Shown here piece by piece: positions 37,119 through 48,862 of a stretch of 64,000 bases of DNA. The first letter of the stretch is position 1; every line of letters begins with the position of its first letter. Source of the stretch: Octopus bimaculoides (Eukaryota); the NCBI RefSeq assembly GCF_001194135.2, contig NC_068987.1, positions 93,880,784 through 93,944,783 on the forward strand, written 5' to 3'. The notes under the pieces were generated by a model. The model was not told where the DNA came from. It saw only the letters and a list, made by a program, of their open reading frames with translations, and did no database searches. The position numbers were made by a program, and so were the translations under genes.

Positions 37119-37859
37119 ACACATACACACACAGATACATGCACACGCATGCACACGCATGCACACTCACACATGTTTGATCAAAACATGGTAGCGGTTA
37201 TTTGTCTTACAATTGGGCTTAATTCAGTTCGAATTACGAATTAAGATATATNNNNNNNNNNNNNNNNNNNNNNNNNNNNNNNNNNNNNNNNNNNNNNNNN
37301 NNNNNNNNNNNNNNNNNNNNNNNNNNNNNNNNNNNNNNNNNNNNNNNNNNNNNNNNNNNNNNNNNNNNNNNNNNNNNNNNNNNNNNNNNNNNNNNNNNNN
37401 NNNNNNNNNNNNNNNNNNNNNNNNNNNNNNNNNNNNNNNNNNNNNNNNNNNNNNNNNNNNNNNNNNNNNNNNNNNNNNNNNNNNNNNNNNNNNNNNNNNN
37501 NNNNNNNNNNNNNNNNNNNNNNNNNNNNNNNNNNNNNNNNNNNNNNNNNNNNNNNNNNNNNNNNNNNNNNNNNNNNNNNNNNNNNNNNNNNNNNNNNNNN
37601 NNNNNNNNNNNNNNNNNNNNNNNTTTTTTTTTTCATTTTTTTTTTTGCTATATCAGAAACGATGAAAAACAGTATTTAATTAGCAAAACTTCAATCTCGC
37701 TCCTAACTTTACATATATGTGTGCATCCGTTTGTGTGTGTGTGTCTGTGTGTGTGTGTGTGTGTGTGCGTGTGTGCGCGTGTGTGTTTATTTATAGTTGG
37801 AGTTTGTCTCGAGCCTAAATAGGGCTGAAAGTGTCCCGCGTTTCGGAGGCGCATAAGCT

Positions 37860-38030
37860 ACTAATAGTGCAAACCAGACAGGACGCCAGTTGTTTGGTAA
37901 TTCCCACTCTAGCTACCAATTTGATTTGACTTGACCATTCTAGAATGAAGTGTCTTCCTCGAGGACACAACAGCCACCCTGGGATCGAACTAAGAATCTT
38001 ACCATCGTCAGCTTAATACTCTAACCATTT
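37860..38030 (-). mobile_element. Degenerate tRNA-derived SINE
   Basis: gaatgaagtgtcttcctcgaggacacaac...gggatcgaactaag...ctctaaccatt resembles the reverse complement of the B/C head plus CORE-like domain. Confidence 0.55.
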
Positions 38031-38326
38031 CACAAATACACATATGGTTATATGATACAGCCACACATGCACATAAACTCACACTTACATATATATATGT
38101 ATACATATGCATACAAATATTTATATAATATATAAATATGCACACACACACACACACACACACATACACGCACACACACGCACACACACACACACAAACA
38201 TACAGAATCTATAAAGGTATGGATTCATCAGTTTCACCTCTCTATTCTCATACCTACAGACTTTTCATCGCAAAACAATACAATACAGACTGATTCCACG
38301 TGGGAATGTAATACAAGAGGATATAG

Positions 38327-38375
<49 letters not shown>

Positions 38376-39140
38376 CACTACTATACAGTTTTCTGTGCGT
38401 TTCAACTGTTCTTCAGTTTACAATCGTTGTTTTCGAAATATATTGTATTACAAGATCGAAGTTGTGCGTAAAAATCAATACAATATTCAATATCCGCTGA
38501 TGCGACACTCCACATGGTTCTGCCGTAAACTTCAACACACGCTCGCACACGCACACACACACGCGCGCGCGCACATACGCACACCTTTGTCTACATCCAC
38601 CTGCCTATAATATTGATTACGATGAGCTGCCTACTGCAACAGAGCTATGCTAAAGGAATATTTTACTTTTTAACTTAACCTGCTAAAAATAGCAGCCAAA
38701 TATTCCTCAAATCACACCTTATCTTATTAAAAAGGAAAAAAAAAACACTTTCGAGAATGTAGACTAATACCGAAAGAAAAGAGAAGATTATTTCTTTTTT
38801 TTTCTTTTTGTGTTAAGACTACATTTTTTTTATATAAAGAAAACTGATCTTAGAAGTTAATAAAAGTTATTAACATGCAGGAAAAATACTATTGCTTTGT
38901 ATGAAGGCCCTCAAATGTTCATACAGTTTAGGGAGAGTGAGGAAACTAATTAATCAAATCTCAGTTATATGATTTATATCAATCATCGGAGTATTGATTT
39001 GCGCAGTGAATACCAGGAGCCTATTAATATTACCTTACAATCGAAGGGGACACAATGAATACCGGAAGTCATTTTATAGAATTTCTCTAATGCTTTTTTT
39101 TTTTTATCAGCCACAATAGCAGGCACACGTAGATAGGTAA

Positions 39141-39186
<46 letters not shown>

Positions 39187-39443
39187 CATACTTTCTCTAA
39201 AATACACAAACACAAAAACACCAATTTGTAATAACAATTAAAATAATACTGATATCTATTTTAAATATATTTTGGAAGCAGTGTTGTGTTTGATTCTATC
39301 GCTTAAAGAACTTGAAAATACTTGATCGACCCACAAATCGATGACAAAATAAAGTTGAACCAGACTGTATTTGAACTCTTTACGTAAAGTTTACAGTTCG
39401 CAGAGCCATAAAGCATTTTTTACGATGCACTACCAATACTATC

Positions 39444-39474
<31 letters not shown>

Positions 39475-40465
39475 GCACAATGACAAACCAAAACATGTGT
39501 GAATTTCATTTGATAATCTTTAACATTTGATAATCTTTAACAGAGAGAAGGTAATAAGTAGCAGCAAGTTGCCCGACAATGGAAGAACGGGGACATGCAA
39601 TTTCTTAGAACAGTGAAGGGCTCCCTTAGAAAGGAAATGATTAACCAACCAAAAATAACATTATGAAAACAAATAAATGAGCCAACGAGAGCCTTTCTAT
39701 TTAACTGGTCCATTTACTAGATGTTTCATCTAAAATTCCCTCAAAAAAGGGCAGTAGCATTTTATGACAGTGAAAGACGCAGTTCTAAATACACTATCAT
39801 TTTTTTTTAATAAAGACACGCGCGATAATCCCATGTTGAACTCATTTGGTGCTAGGTCTGTTCAATAAGGATATTTGACCTGTGGCTATATATAAACAAC
39901 AACGACGACAACAATGTGAAAGGAAGATTTAAAAAAGAAATGCCCCCACCTCAAAACTGAAGGATATCGAAGGTAAGTCGATCGATTTGTAATTTTGATT
40001 TGAAATCTATCTTATTGAAAAAAATTAAATTGAATTTTCTATTCAACCTTCTGATAAAATTATTGCTTCTATGTAAGTTGGTGTTGATAATTATTTTACT
40101 ACTATTTAGTGGGGCAAAAACAAAATAACTTTAAGTTCATTTACGCAGCAAAACGTAGGGCACACACAGACACACAGACACACGTATGCACAAGACATCA
40201 TAAAAAAAGAATGGAGACTTATACATCTGAAAAAAGTTTTGAAGATGTCTGATTCTGCATTCTTCTTTCTAACGTCTTGATTCTAGAATCTGTCTGCTGT
40301 ATAAAATGCAATGACGCGAACTCAGGATTTGCCTGTCTAGTAAAATGCTATGTAATTGTTTACCTTAATTCTGTATGTTCCTTCTTGTTCGATATGGTTA
40401 GCCTAATCTGGATTATATCAGAGTGCTAATGAGGTACTTGCCGGATTCCAAATTCCTCTTCCTTT

Positions 40466-40503
<38 letters not shown>

Positions 40504-40513
40504 NNNNNNNNNN

Positions 40514-40555
<42 letters not shown>

Positions 40556-41370
40556 ATGGAAGTCAGTACAACGATGAGAATAAGTATTGCACATTAATGA
40601 GATAGAAAAAGGAAGATTAAGTTTTACCTCAGCTGATGGCTAACAGCATCTTTTACCAAAACCATTTCACCTATGTCTCCTTTCAGTTAAATGCACTACA
40701 AATCCTCTTCGCAGAAATGAGTCTAATGAGACGACCTATCAAATGGTGACATTTATTTCATGATTTCGCGTTGCGATGTTCTGTTATTAGATTTGGTTCC
40801 GTTGAGATCAGCTTCAGAATGACATTCTTTTACAAGTTAAAAACACGACGGGTTACCACAACTTGAATTTCGTCTCCATTTTGCTTATTTAATGCAATTG
40901 TCTTCAAAATGCTTCGAAGCATTGACTATGTTTTCTTCTCTGAAATGTCCATTCAATTGTAATTGCCTGCAAAATTCTACATAAAAGTGTTTCTTAACTG
41001 CGGTCCATACATTTGGTAAAACATTGAAGACATTTTGTTAAAATTTATGAGCAATAAGTTGTTTATATTTCTACAACACAATATTTTAACAATTAGTTTT
41101 AAACAATACATAATTATATCTAATTATAAAATACGATAGGATGTTTTTAAACATCGAAAGATTTTGAGGATTCAATCGAATAAAATAGGAACCAAAGGTG
41201 GATGAGGGCCACTGATCCGCATCAATGTCTCTTTTTCTCAGGTGAGATTTAATCTATTTGTATTATCTTAACTTTGACTTTTATCGGACTTCTCCTCCTT
41301 AGAACAAGATATATGTGAGTTAGGGAGCGCCGCGCACGTGTGAGTATTCAATTGCAGTTTGACTATGCTG

Positions 41371-41427
41371 TCCATAACTTAAAGTTTCGTGTGCGAATAG
41401 GATACGTCCATTTCATCAGATGATGGG
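41371..41427 (-). ncRNA. Decayed type I hammerhead, inverted partner of 41452-41507
   Basis: Minus strand reads CAU CUGAUGA A augg...cac GAAAC UUUAA GUU / AUGG. Core is intact; stem II is damaged. Confidence 0.6.
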
Positions 41428-41451
41428 AACATCTGTCGAATCAGATACGCC

Positions 41452-41507
41452 CCGCATCTGATGAGGTGGACGTGTTCTGCGCACCCACGAAACTTTAAGT
41501 CATGTGG
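41452..41507 (+). ncRNA. Type I hammerhead ribozyme, complete
   Basis: Stem I CCGCAU (41452-57) pairs with AUGUGG (41502-07). CUGAUGA at 41458-64, extra G, stem II GUGG/CCAC with inner GUG/CAC, GAAA at 41489-92, C-UUUAA-G, and GUC triplet at 41499-41501. Confidence 0.85.
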
Positions 41508-41562
41508 AAAATAGTCAGACTATTATAAAAATATATGTAACTCTTACCAGATGTTTTGGGTA

Positions 41563-42140
41563 CTCATCACCATCAAGTTCTCTAAATTGTTGAAGCCGGT
41601 CGTTAAGGTGTCATTCTAGACGCTTTCATAGTCAACCGTTGCTCTGGTCTCTGTTTTCTGTCATGCGCAACAGGGGTGAGGTATTCTGACCTGCCCGATC
41701 CTCAATATTGCCAGGACAGGATTTTCTTTGTCTGCATTTATTTCACCCTACTTCCACTGTGCCTGAAAGCATGGTTGTGGATGGGTGAGTTGTGGCGAGG
41801 TACGTGAGCATGCCGGGCAAGCTTTCGACATTTTACATGCGGAAAGAGTGGTTCCTCTCAGCCAGGGTTTTTATTAACTCGACAAAGCTGTTCGTTTTGT
41901 GCTCCATGTACGTGATGTGTCTTCTGAGGCACTTCAGCTTCAACGCCAGAGTTCTTCGTTCAATATCAACTATAAAGAGTTTTCAGAACCATACAAGTGG
42001 ATCGAAGTCAGCAGGGTCTTTTAAACATTGAGTCTCACTGGAAAACTAATAGAGCTGCTTTTCCATATGGGGTTCAGCTTCATCATAGCAGCAGGGGCCA
42101 AAATGAGATTTTTGATACCTTCTTACGAGATTTGTGTTCT
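41563..42140 (-). mobile_element. RTE-clade LINE 3' fragment
   Basis: Across frameshifts: KTLLTSIHLYGSE, IERRTLALKLKCLRRHITYMEHKTNSFV, TMLSGTVEVG..RQRKS, LLRMTENRDQ. This matches the RTE ORF C-terminus. Ends in a (TGA)-like tail ttgatggtgatgag. Confidence 0.8.
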
Positions 42141-42168
42141 TGCTCAAAGTGCCACGTTGTATATATAA

Positions 42169-42260
<92 letters not shown>

Positions 42261-42743
42261 AAATATATATATATGTATTAATATATAAAGCGTGAGAAAG
42301 AGAGAGAAAGACAAAGGGCGGGAGAGAGACGATGTTTCAGATAAACACGGTTAGGCATTATAGATATAAATATACGTATATACATATATATATATATATA
42401 TAGAAACACATATATACATACAGGCATACATACAAAGATACATATGCAAATATATATCTATATATGCATAAACACATATGTATGTATGTATATATATATA
42501 AATAAATAATTTCGTTTTGGCATTTGGTTTGCAAGATTCTTTATGCGAGTTCGTGTGTTGAAGCATATTCTGTTGTGTCTGGGGAGAGTCATTCTCTTTT
42601 AGTGCCTTATAAAATTTCCACAATGAATAAATAAATGAGTGGAAATTTTACCGGTGAGTGTGTTAAATTATAAGGCATTAATAGAGAATGACTCTCCCCA
42701 GACACAACAGAATATACATATAAATGTATATATATATATATAT

Positions 42744-42747
<4 letters not shown>

Positions 42748-42804
<57 letters not shown>

Positions 42805-42827
42805 TGCATACATACAGACAGGCAGGC

Positions 42828-42908
<81 letters not shown>
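42748..42908. repeat. Compound (GA)n(GACA)n(GATA)n microsatellite
   Basis: Directly visible. Confidence 0.95.
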
Positions 42909-43206
42909 TTCAGCAGATAAACATATATGTACAAGGATAGATTGAGAAACAAATATACTTATATAGAGCATAAAAAACACAGAATACTAAGGAAAGAATG
43001 CATAGCTTTTAAGCTCGACAACTCGTTGTGCATAATAAGCAGATGAAATATGCGCAAACTCATTAAGCAAACATTCTCTTTCATAATTGTGAACATTACT
43101 ATTAATGCGTAACTCCGAGCTTCTAGAAACAGCTGGCAAATTAGAAAGCTATGCATACTCCCCTGAGCATTATGCATTTTTAAATACTCTATGTAAGTTT
43201 ATTTGT

Positions 43207-43246
<40 letters not shown>

Positions 43247-44237
43247 NNNNNNNNNNNNNNNNNNNNNNNNNNNNNNNNNNNNNNNNNNNNNNNNNNNNNN
43301 NNNNNNNNNNNNNNNNNNNNNNNNNNNNNNNNNNNNNNNNNNNNNNNNNNNNNNNNNNNNNNNNNNNNNNNNNNNNNNNNNNNNNNNNNNNNNNNNNNNN
43401 NNNNNNNNNNNNNNNNNNNNNNNNNNNNNNNNNNNNNNNNNNNNNNNNNNNNNNNNNNNNNNNNNNNNNNNNNNNNNNNNNNNNNNNNNNNNNNNNNNNN
43501 NNNNNNNNNNNNNNNNNNNNNNNNNNNNNNNNNNNNNNNNNNNNNNNNNNNNNNNNNNNNNNNNNNNNNNNNNNNNNNNNNNNNNNNNNNNNNNNNNNNN
43601 NNNNNNNNNNNNNNNNNNNNNNNNNNNNNNNNNNNNNNNNNNNNNNNNNNNNNNNNNNNNNNNNNNNNNNNNNNNNNNNNNNNNNNNNNNNNNNNNNNNN
43701 NNNNNNNNNNNNNNNNNNNNNNNNNNNNNNNNNNNNNNNNNNNNNNNNNNNNNNNNNNNNNNNNNNNNNNNNNNNNNNNNNNNNNNNNNNNNNNNNNNNN
43801 NNNNNNNNNNNNNNNNNNNNNNNNNNNNNNNNNNNNNNNNNNNNNNNNNNNNNNNNNNNNNNNNNNNNNNNNNNNNNNNNNNNNNNNNNNNNNNNNNNNN
43901 NNNNNNNNNNNNNNNNNNNNNNNNNNNNNNNNNNNNNNNNNNNNNNNNNNNNNNNNNNNNNNNNNNNNNNNNNNNNNNNNNNNNNNNNNNNNNNNNNNNN
44001 NNNNNNNNNNNNNNNNNNNNNNNNNNNNNNNNNNNNNNNNNNNNNNNNNNNNNNNNNNNNNNNNNNNNNNNNNNNNNNNNNNNNNNNNNNNNNNNNNNNN
44101 NNNNNNNNNNNNNNNNNNNNNNNNNNNNNNNNNNNNNNNNNNNNNNNNNNNNNNNNNNNNNNNNNNNNNNNNNNNNNNNNNNNNNNNNNNNNNNNNNNNN
44201 NNNNNNNNNNNNNNNNNNNNNNNNNNNNNNNNNNNNT
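43247..44237. other. Largest assembly gap (N run); about 17 gaps in total
   Basis: N runs, for example 3317-3741, 7974-8395, 10337-10577, 11193-11678, 19148-19673, 21026-21411, 24565-24899, 31817-32163, 34888-35431, 37252-37623, 50863-51487, 54330-55080 and 58146-58920. Confidence 0.98.
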
Positions 44238-44884
44238 GAGAAAGGAGTTTCAAAAAATTCACATGATCTGAATTTTTTCCCTCATAACTTACTGGAAGAT
44301 GGCCATCTTTTAATGAAAAATTATAGAAATTCCTTTCAAACGGCATAGATTACGATTATAAAGAAATTCATGGGAAAATGGTTTTCGCGAATTTTCCCCA
44401 TTTTTTTAAACCACAGTCTTCGAAATGATTGGGTTGGGTGGGGGCATCTTTGTATGAAAAATGTTTCGAAAACACTTTTTTTTTACACCCCACTCCCTTA
44501 TCATCCTACTCTGGACCTATTTTGGACAATTTTTTTTTTTTGCACTTCAAGACCATGGGAAGAGCATTTTCGGTAAAAATATTTGAAAAAATTGTTAATA
44601 TTTTCAGAGGTTAAGGTGAGTGATTTAAGGGTGATTTGACTGTTGTTTCTAGCGCATCTAAAGACAACTCTCCTCGTTTCTTTACTACTCTCCCTTGTAT
44701 TGATGTTTTTCAATATTTCTTCCCCATAAAAATATTTATATACTATAAAAGAGAAAATTTGAGAAACTATGAATTTTGTGCAACCCCACTTCCTACCTCC
44801 GATGGTTTCTGTTTAGAAATAACAAATATTGGAGAGCCTGAGAAGGTCATGGTCGACATTTTTCCTCAGTGATTTTAAAAAGTA

Positions 44885-45116
44885 CGGAGATGTACTTGCA
44901 GGGCAAGTGACTTCATCTGAGGTCATGTGCTAAAACAAAAACAATTGCAGCCTGGAAGATGTTTTTAAACCATTCAAGAACACACAAAAACCGTTAGGTT
45001 CACTTCAACATTAAGACTTCATTTCTGTCAAAATATTTTCGTCGCTTTGAATCTGCGACTTGTTCACTGACAAAACTTCACAAAAGTGATGCAGCGCAAA
45101 GTTTTGTCAGTGAACA
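44885..45116 (-). mobile_element. Probable Penelope-like pLTR remnant carrying the variant hammerhead and a 17-bp inverted repeat
   Basis: gttcactgacaaaactt (45062-45078) and aagttttgtcagtgaac (45099-45115) are exact reverse complements. The flank tacttgcagggcaagtgac...aaaccgttag is one I recall as a common octopus repeat. Confidence 0.6.
45023..45075 (-). ncRNA. Type I hammerhead ribozyme variant with G3-C8 core (GUGAACA)
   Basis: Minus strand reads UUUUGUCA GUGAACA A GUCGC-agauucaaa-GCGAC GAAA AUAU UU / UGACAGAA. Stems I and II pair fully and stem III is the palindrome AAUAUU. Confidence 0.75.
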
Positions 45117-45992
45117 TCACAGACACAAGCACGCACGCACGCACGCACGCGCATCCACTCACACACATTCATTAATTTTCATGTGTGTGTATATGTATCT
45201 ATGTGTATACGCGCGAGTGTGTATTGGTGCGTGTGTGTGTGTGTGTATGTGTCACTGTTGAAGTTGTGTTTGGAAACTGTGAATAACGTGCAAGTTTCAA
45301 GTACTTGTCGGTAACCTTTTGTTTTTTCTCCTCGTCTTCTAATAGTAATTACCCAACTTTCTAGCCTCTTCTCACAGCCATCTCGTGTTCAAAAATTATA
45401 CGAGTATAGTAAAAATTTTCATTCAATAAATAATATTCTTGCATTATGTATACACTAATAGCGAATTAAAACTTTAAAGAGGAAGTGAGAGACTTTGCAA
45501 ATGAAAATAGAATGCTCTGCAGTGAATGCAATTAATATTTAAATTTGTGATGAATTGGACGCAATGAATTTTTAAATTTGTGAGAAATCGGAGTTTAAAA
45601 AATTCAATAAACCTGAGAAATCGATATTATAGGCAATTTGTTAGAACATGAATTTATAAAACTATTTCCAGACGGTCAACCCTTTAATAATTGTTTTCTT
45701 TAAGTACTTTTGGTAACTGTTACATACCTAATTAATAAGCAGCTTTCTCCATTATAGTATAGATATGGGTGTATATATGTATATATATGTATGTGTGTGT
45801 GTGTGGAGGGGGGTGCGAAGCCTAATCGTGTTTATCTGCATCCCTATGGCCATACCAAGACTCCTGAATTCCTTTTACTTTAATCCGTGGACATAGTCTT
45901 CGATGAAGATTTCAGAATTTTAATTCGAATCAGCTGAGCACTACTACCTGTTTTCTATTTTGAGCATGTCTAGTTTTCACCTTTTGAGTCTC

Positions 45993-46040
45993 CATGCTCC
46001 AGCATGGCCCCAATGAAGTGACTGAAACAAGTGAAAGAAC
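45993..46040 (+). mobile_element. Family A SINE 3' tail fragment
   Basis: tgctccagcatggccccaatgaagtgactgaaacaagtgaaag. Confidence 0.65.
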
Positions 46041-48622
46041 GAAGGTATATATGTATGTACGTATGTATGTAGACAGATAGATAATATGGAGAGTGGTTTG
46101 CGAAATGTGATCTAATCGAAATAATTCTGGGTAGCGAGTGGCATGAATGTGGATGATGAAGACAAATAAAGTCTTTTAATTCCACTAAATTTATACTAAA
46201 TATAATAGTAAATAATATTTGCATATTGAAAACCAGCTTTACTTCGGCAGATTCTGGGCGAATGTCTTTCGGAAGAGTGACCGTTAATAAGAAGGGCGAA
46301 TCAAAAATACGTCAGAATCTTTGGTTCTTGAGAATTCTCGTATGGCTATAAGTTTTTAGGTGCCTGTGTGTACAAAAGTTTATTTCGAGTGTGGATTTAA
46401 CCGTTCAGTCTCCAAGAAATATATGAGAAAAGAACATGACACGATGTAAATTATAATTAAAATACTTTTAATTATGTCGGTTTCCATATCTGTATGCATG
46501 CATATAAGACGGTATCTAAATATGTATATATGTATATATTTATGTATATAGGTATGTAATGTGAGAAAAGTAAGATGATATGCGAATACGTAATTACCAA
46601 AAAGATGAGTATTGACCAAGTGGAAAGTCCCAGCTCTTGTACAAAGAGCAACTACCGCTCTTCGTCGAGAGATTCTTCAAGCAGCGAGATATCAGATTCA
46701 AAAACCAAAATAATCTATCCAATGAAATGAATGAAGTGTCCAGCATTGGTCAAGAATCTAGACAATCATAGGTTTCGAAGCAAGCTTAGGCGAAAGTACA
46801 ACGAATGCACAATGTCTCATAGACTTATTTTGAATATTCTTGATCGCTCCTAACAAAATTTAAGAAGCGAATTCTGCCAGTCATGCCAAAGGGTATATCT
46901 GCTAACAAGCTAAGAGCTTGCCTCACACAAAACTATATTTGGAGACAAGAGACAAAGATCTTCGCCTTTCAACCAGGATAAGATCTCTGTTTAATAAAGA
47001 AGCCACGGAATTTTAGGTTGCATAAGTTTTCTTTCAATCGAAAAATACTGAATGGCCAATCAACCGCGCATCAAAGTCGTCAGCGTTAACCAGACGCACC
47101 CGTCCGTCTCATTCCGAGACAAGATGCAGTCAGCCTAAGAGCTTTTAGAGAATGCAATACATTTATGTTAGAATTGCTTCTATCTTCTGCTGCATGCCAA
47201 TTTAGAATTTCAAAACAATACACGAAATTAAACAGAAATATGGTATTTTTGTAAATCACTAAATTAAAATTATCAATCAACACAATCTCGGGTGAAATGT
47301 CTAAAAGATTGGTGGAGGTTTCTGATATGAGAAAAGTGAAACGCTTTGAGAAATGAAGAACAAAGCGATGAGTTGATCGCAGAAGGAGGACAAGGCGTTG
47401 ATACAATCGTCTTTATATATTGACCGTACAGCTCTGCTGGGTCCTTACGATTACTGATGAGAAGATATGGGTTCCGATATAACCGACAAATAGTTTCATA
47501 AACGTGGGAGCCATTTCCATTTCTACAGAAACCTATATATGTGTGCCTGTGTATGTTTGTTAGTATGTATTTGTGTGTTTATATTCTGAGGGATTAAGTG
47601 AAGAAGTGTATGTATGTGTATAAATGGGACTGAGAGCTGGAAATGTTAAAAAAAGACAATGTTTGTCATAACACTTCTTATCAACCACAAACCTGTTATA
47701 GCAGCTTATAGTTTTTTTCCTGAAACTCCGTTCTTGACCTGTTTCGCCGCCACGGACCTCGGACCTTCGATGCTTTCTTTCTTTTCGTTCATACATTATT
47801 TTCGGTTTCATCGTCTAATAAATTTGCTGAAGATCGCTTGAGAATTTACGAAATTGTCTGAAAACAAACAAAGAAACCGCAACGTTTATAGACTTAGGTA
47901 TTATGAGGGAAATAAATTAATAATGCTGATAACAATGAATATTTGATAAATACAAAGAATAAAAAACAGAAACAGATGAAACTTGCGGGTGTCTGAGTTG
48001 GTAAAAATTGTTGGCCAAATTTCAACAACTGGGACAAATAAAAGGTAAAAGATATTAAATTTTGAAGCTTTTTGGCGATTTTCGATTTTCTTAGTTTTTA
48101 GAACAAAATAGTTTGAAAATTTTAATGATTTTTATGCAGTAACTAGTAAAGAATTAGGTATTCAAAATGCGTATTAGATTAGAAATAAGAGAGAGGGGGG
48201 GGGAGAAAAGAAAAGAGTGTGGAAGAGAGAACAAGGAAGGCGAGTATTAACTACCAATATTAAATAGGGAGGCTTTGGGAAAGTCAGTTACAGGATAATT
48301 TGTTTGTACGGTCACATTGATGCGCGTAGGGTATAACGATTCTCCTGTCGATTTCGATTGATGAGGGCCCAATGGCCTTAGTTATTAGATTAAGTCACAT
48401 AGATTAGTTGTCTTCAGAGGTGAAGGTTTGTGTAGTAACAGCAATATTTATTGAAAACGCTGACGGCAGAAAACTTGTGCAAGTATTTGTCACGAACTTA
48501 ATAAACAACATACCTAAAATCTTTTCAATGAGGTTTCCTCTGTCTTTTGACTTAGTAGATTTGTCACGCTTTAGAGTCAACCCACATTGCCATGTTAAAT
48601 CCGTACCTTTCTCTGCACACAT

Positions 48623-48702
<80 letters not shown>

Positions 48703-48703
<1 letters not shown>

Positions 48704-48862
48704 AACGACGGGCTTCTTTCAGTTTCTGTCTACCAAACCCATTCACAAGGCCTTGCCCAGAGCGAGGCTATAGCAGAAGACACTTGTCCAAGGTGCCATG
48801 CAGATGGAGTGAACTCAGAGCCATGTGTTTTCGAAGCAGACTGCTTACCACGCAGCCACCAC
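48703..48862 (-). mobile_element. Family A SINE, 5' half
   Basis: acgacgggcttctttcagtttctgtctacc...gaggctatagcagaagacacttgtccaaggtgcc...ttaccacgcagccac. Confidence 0.85.

Noticed and set aside
43105-44348. 300-400 aa ORFs here and at 50560-51646, 54294-55265 and 57923-59210
   Set aside because: They are mostly X residues from N-gaps plus dinucleotide repeats.
45890-45950. cgatgaag...gaatcagctgag, and a similar motif at 2345-2400
   Set aside because: Each needs several core substitutions to become a hammerhead and cannot be supported without a family consensus.
47060-47200. Minus-strand GMQQ...DGRVRLVNADDF resembling RT motifs B'-C of telomerase or group II intron RTs
   Set aside because: Four stops in 40 codons and no other RT motifs nearby. 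Chance is as likely; a frameshift-aware HMM search would be needed.
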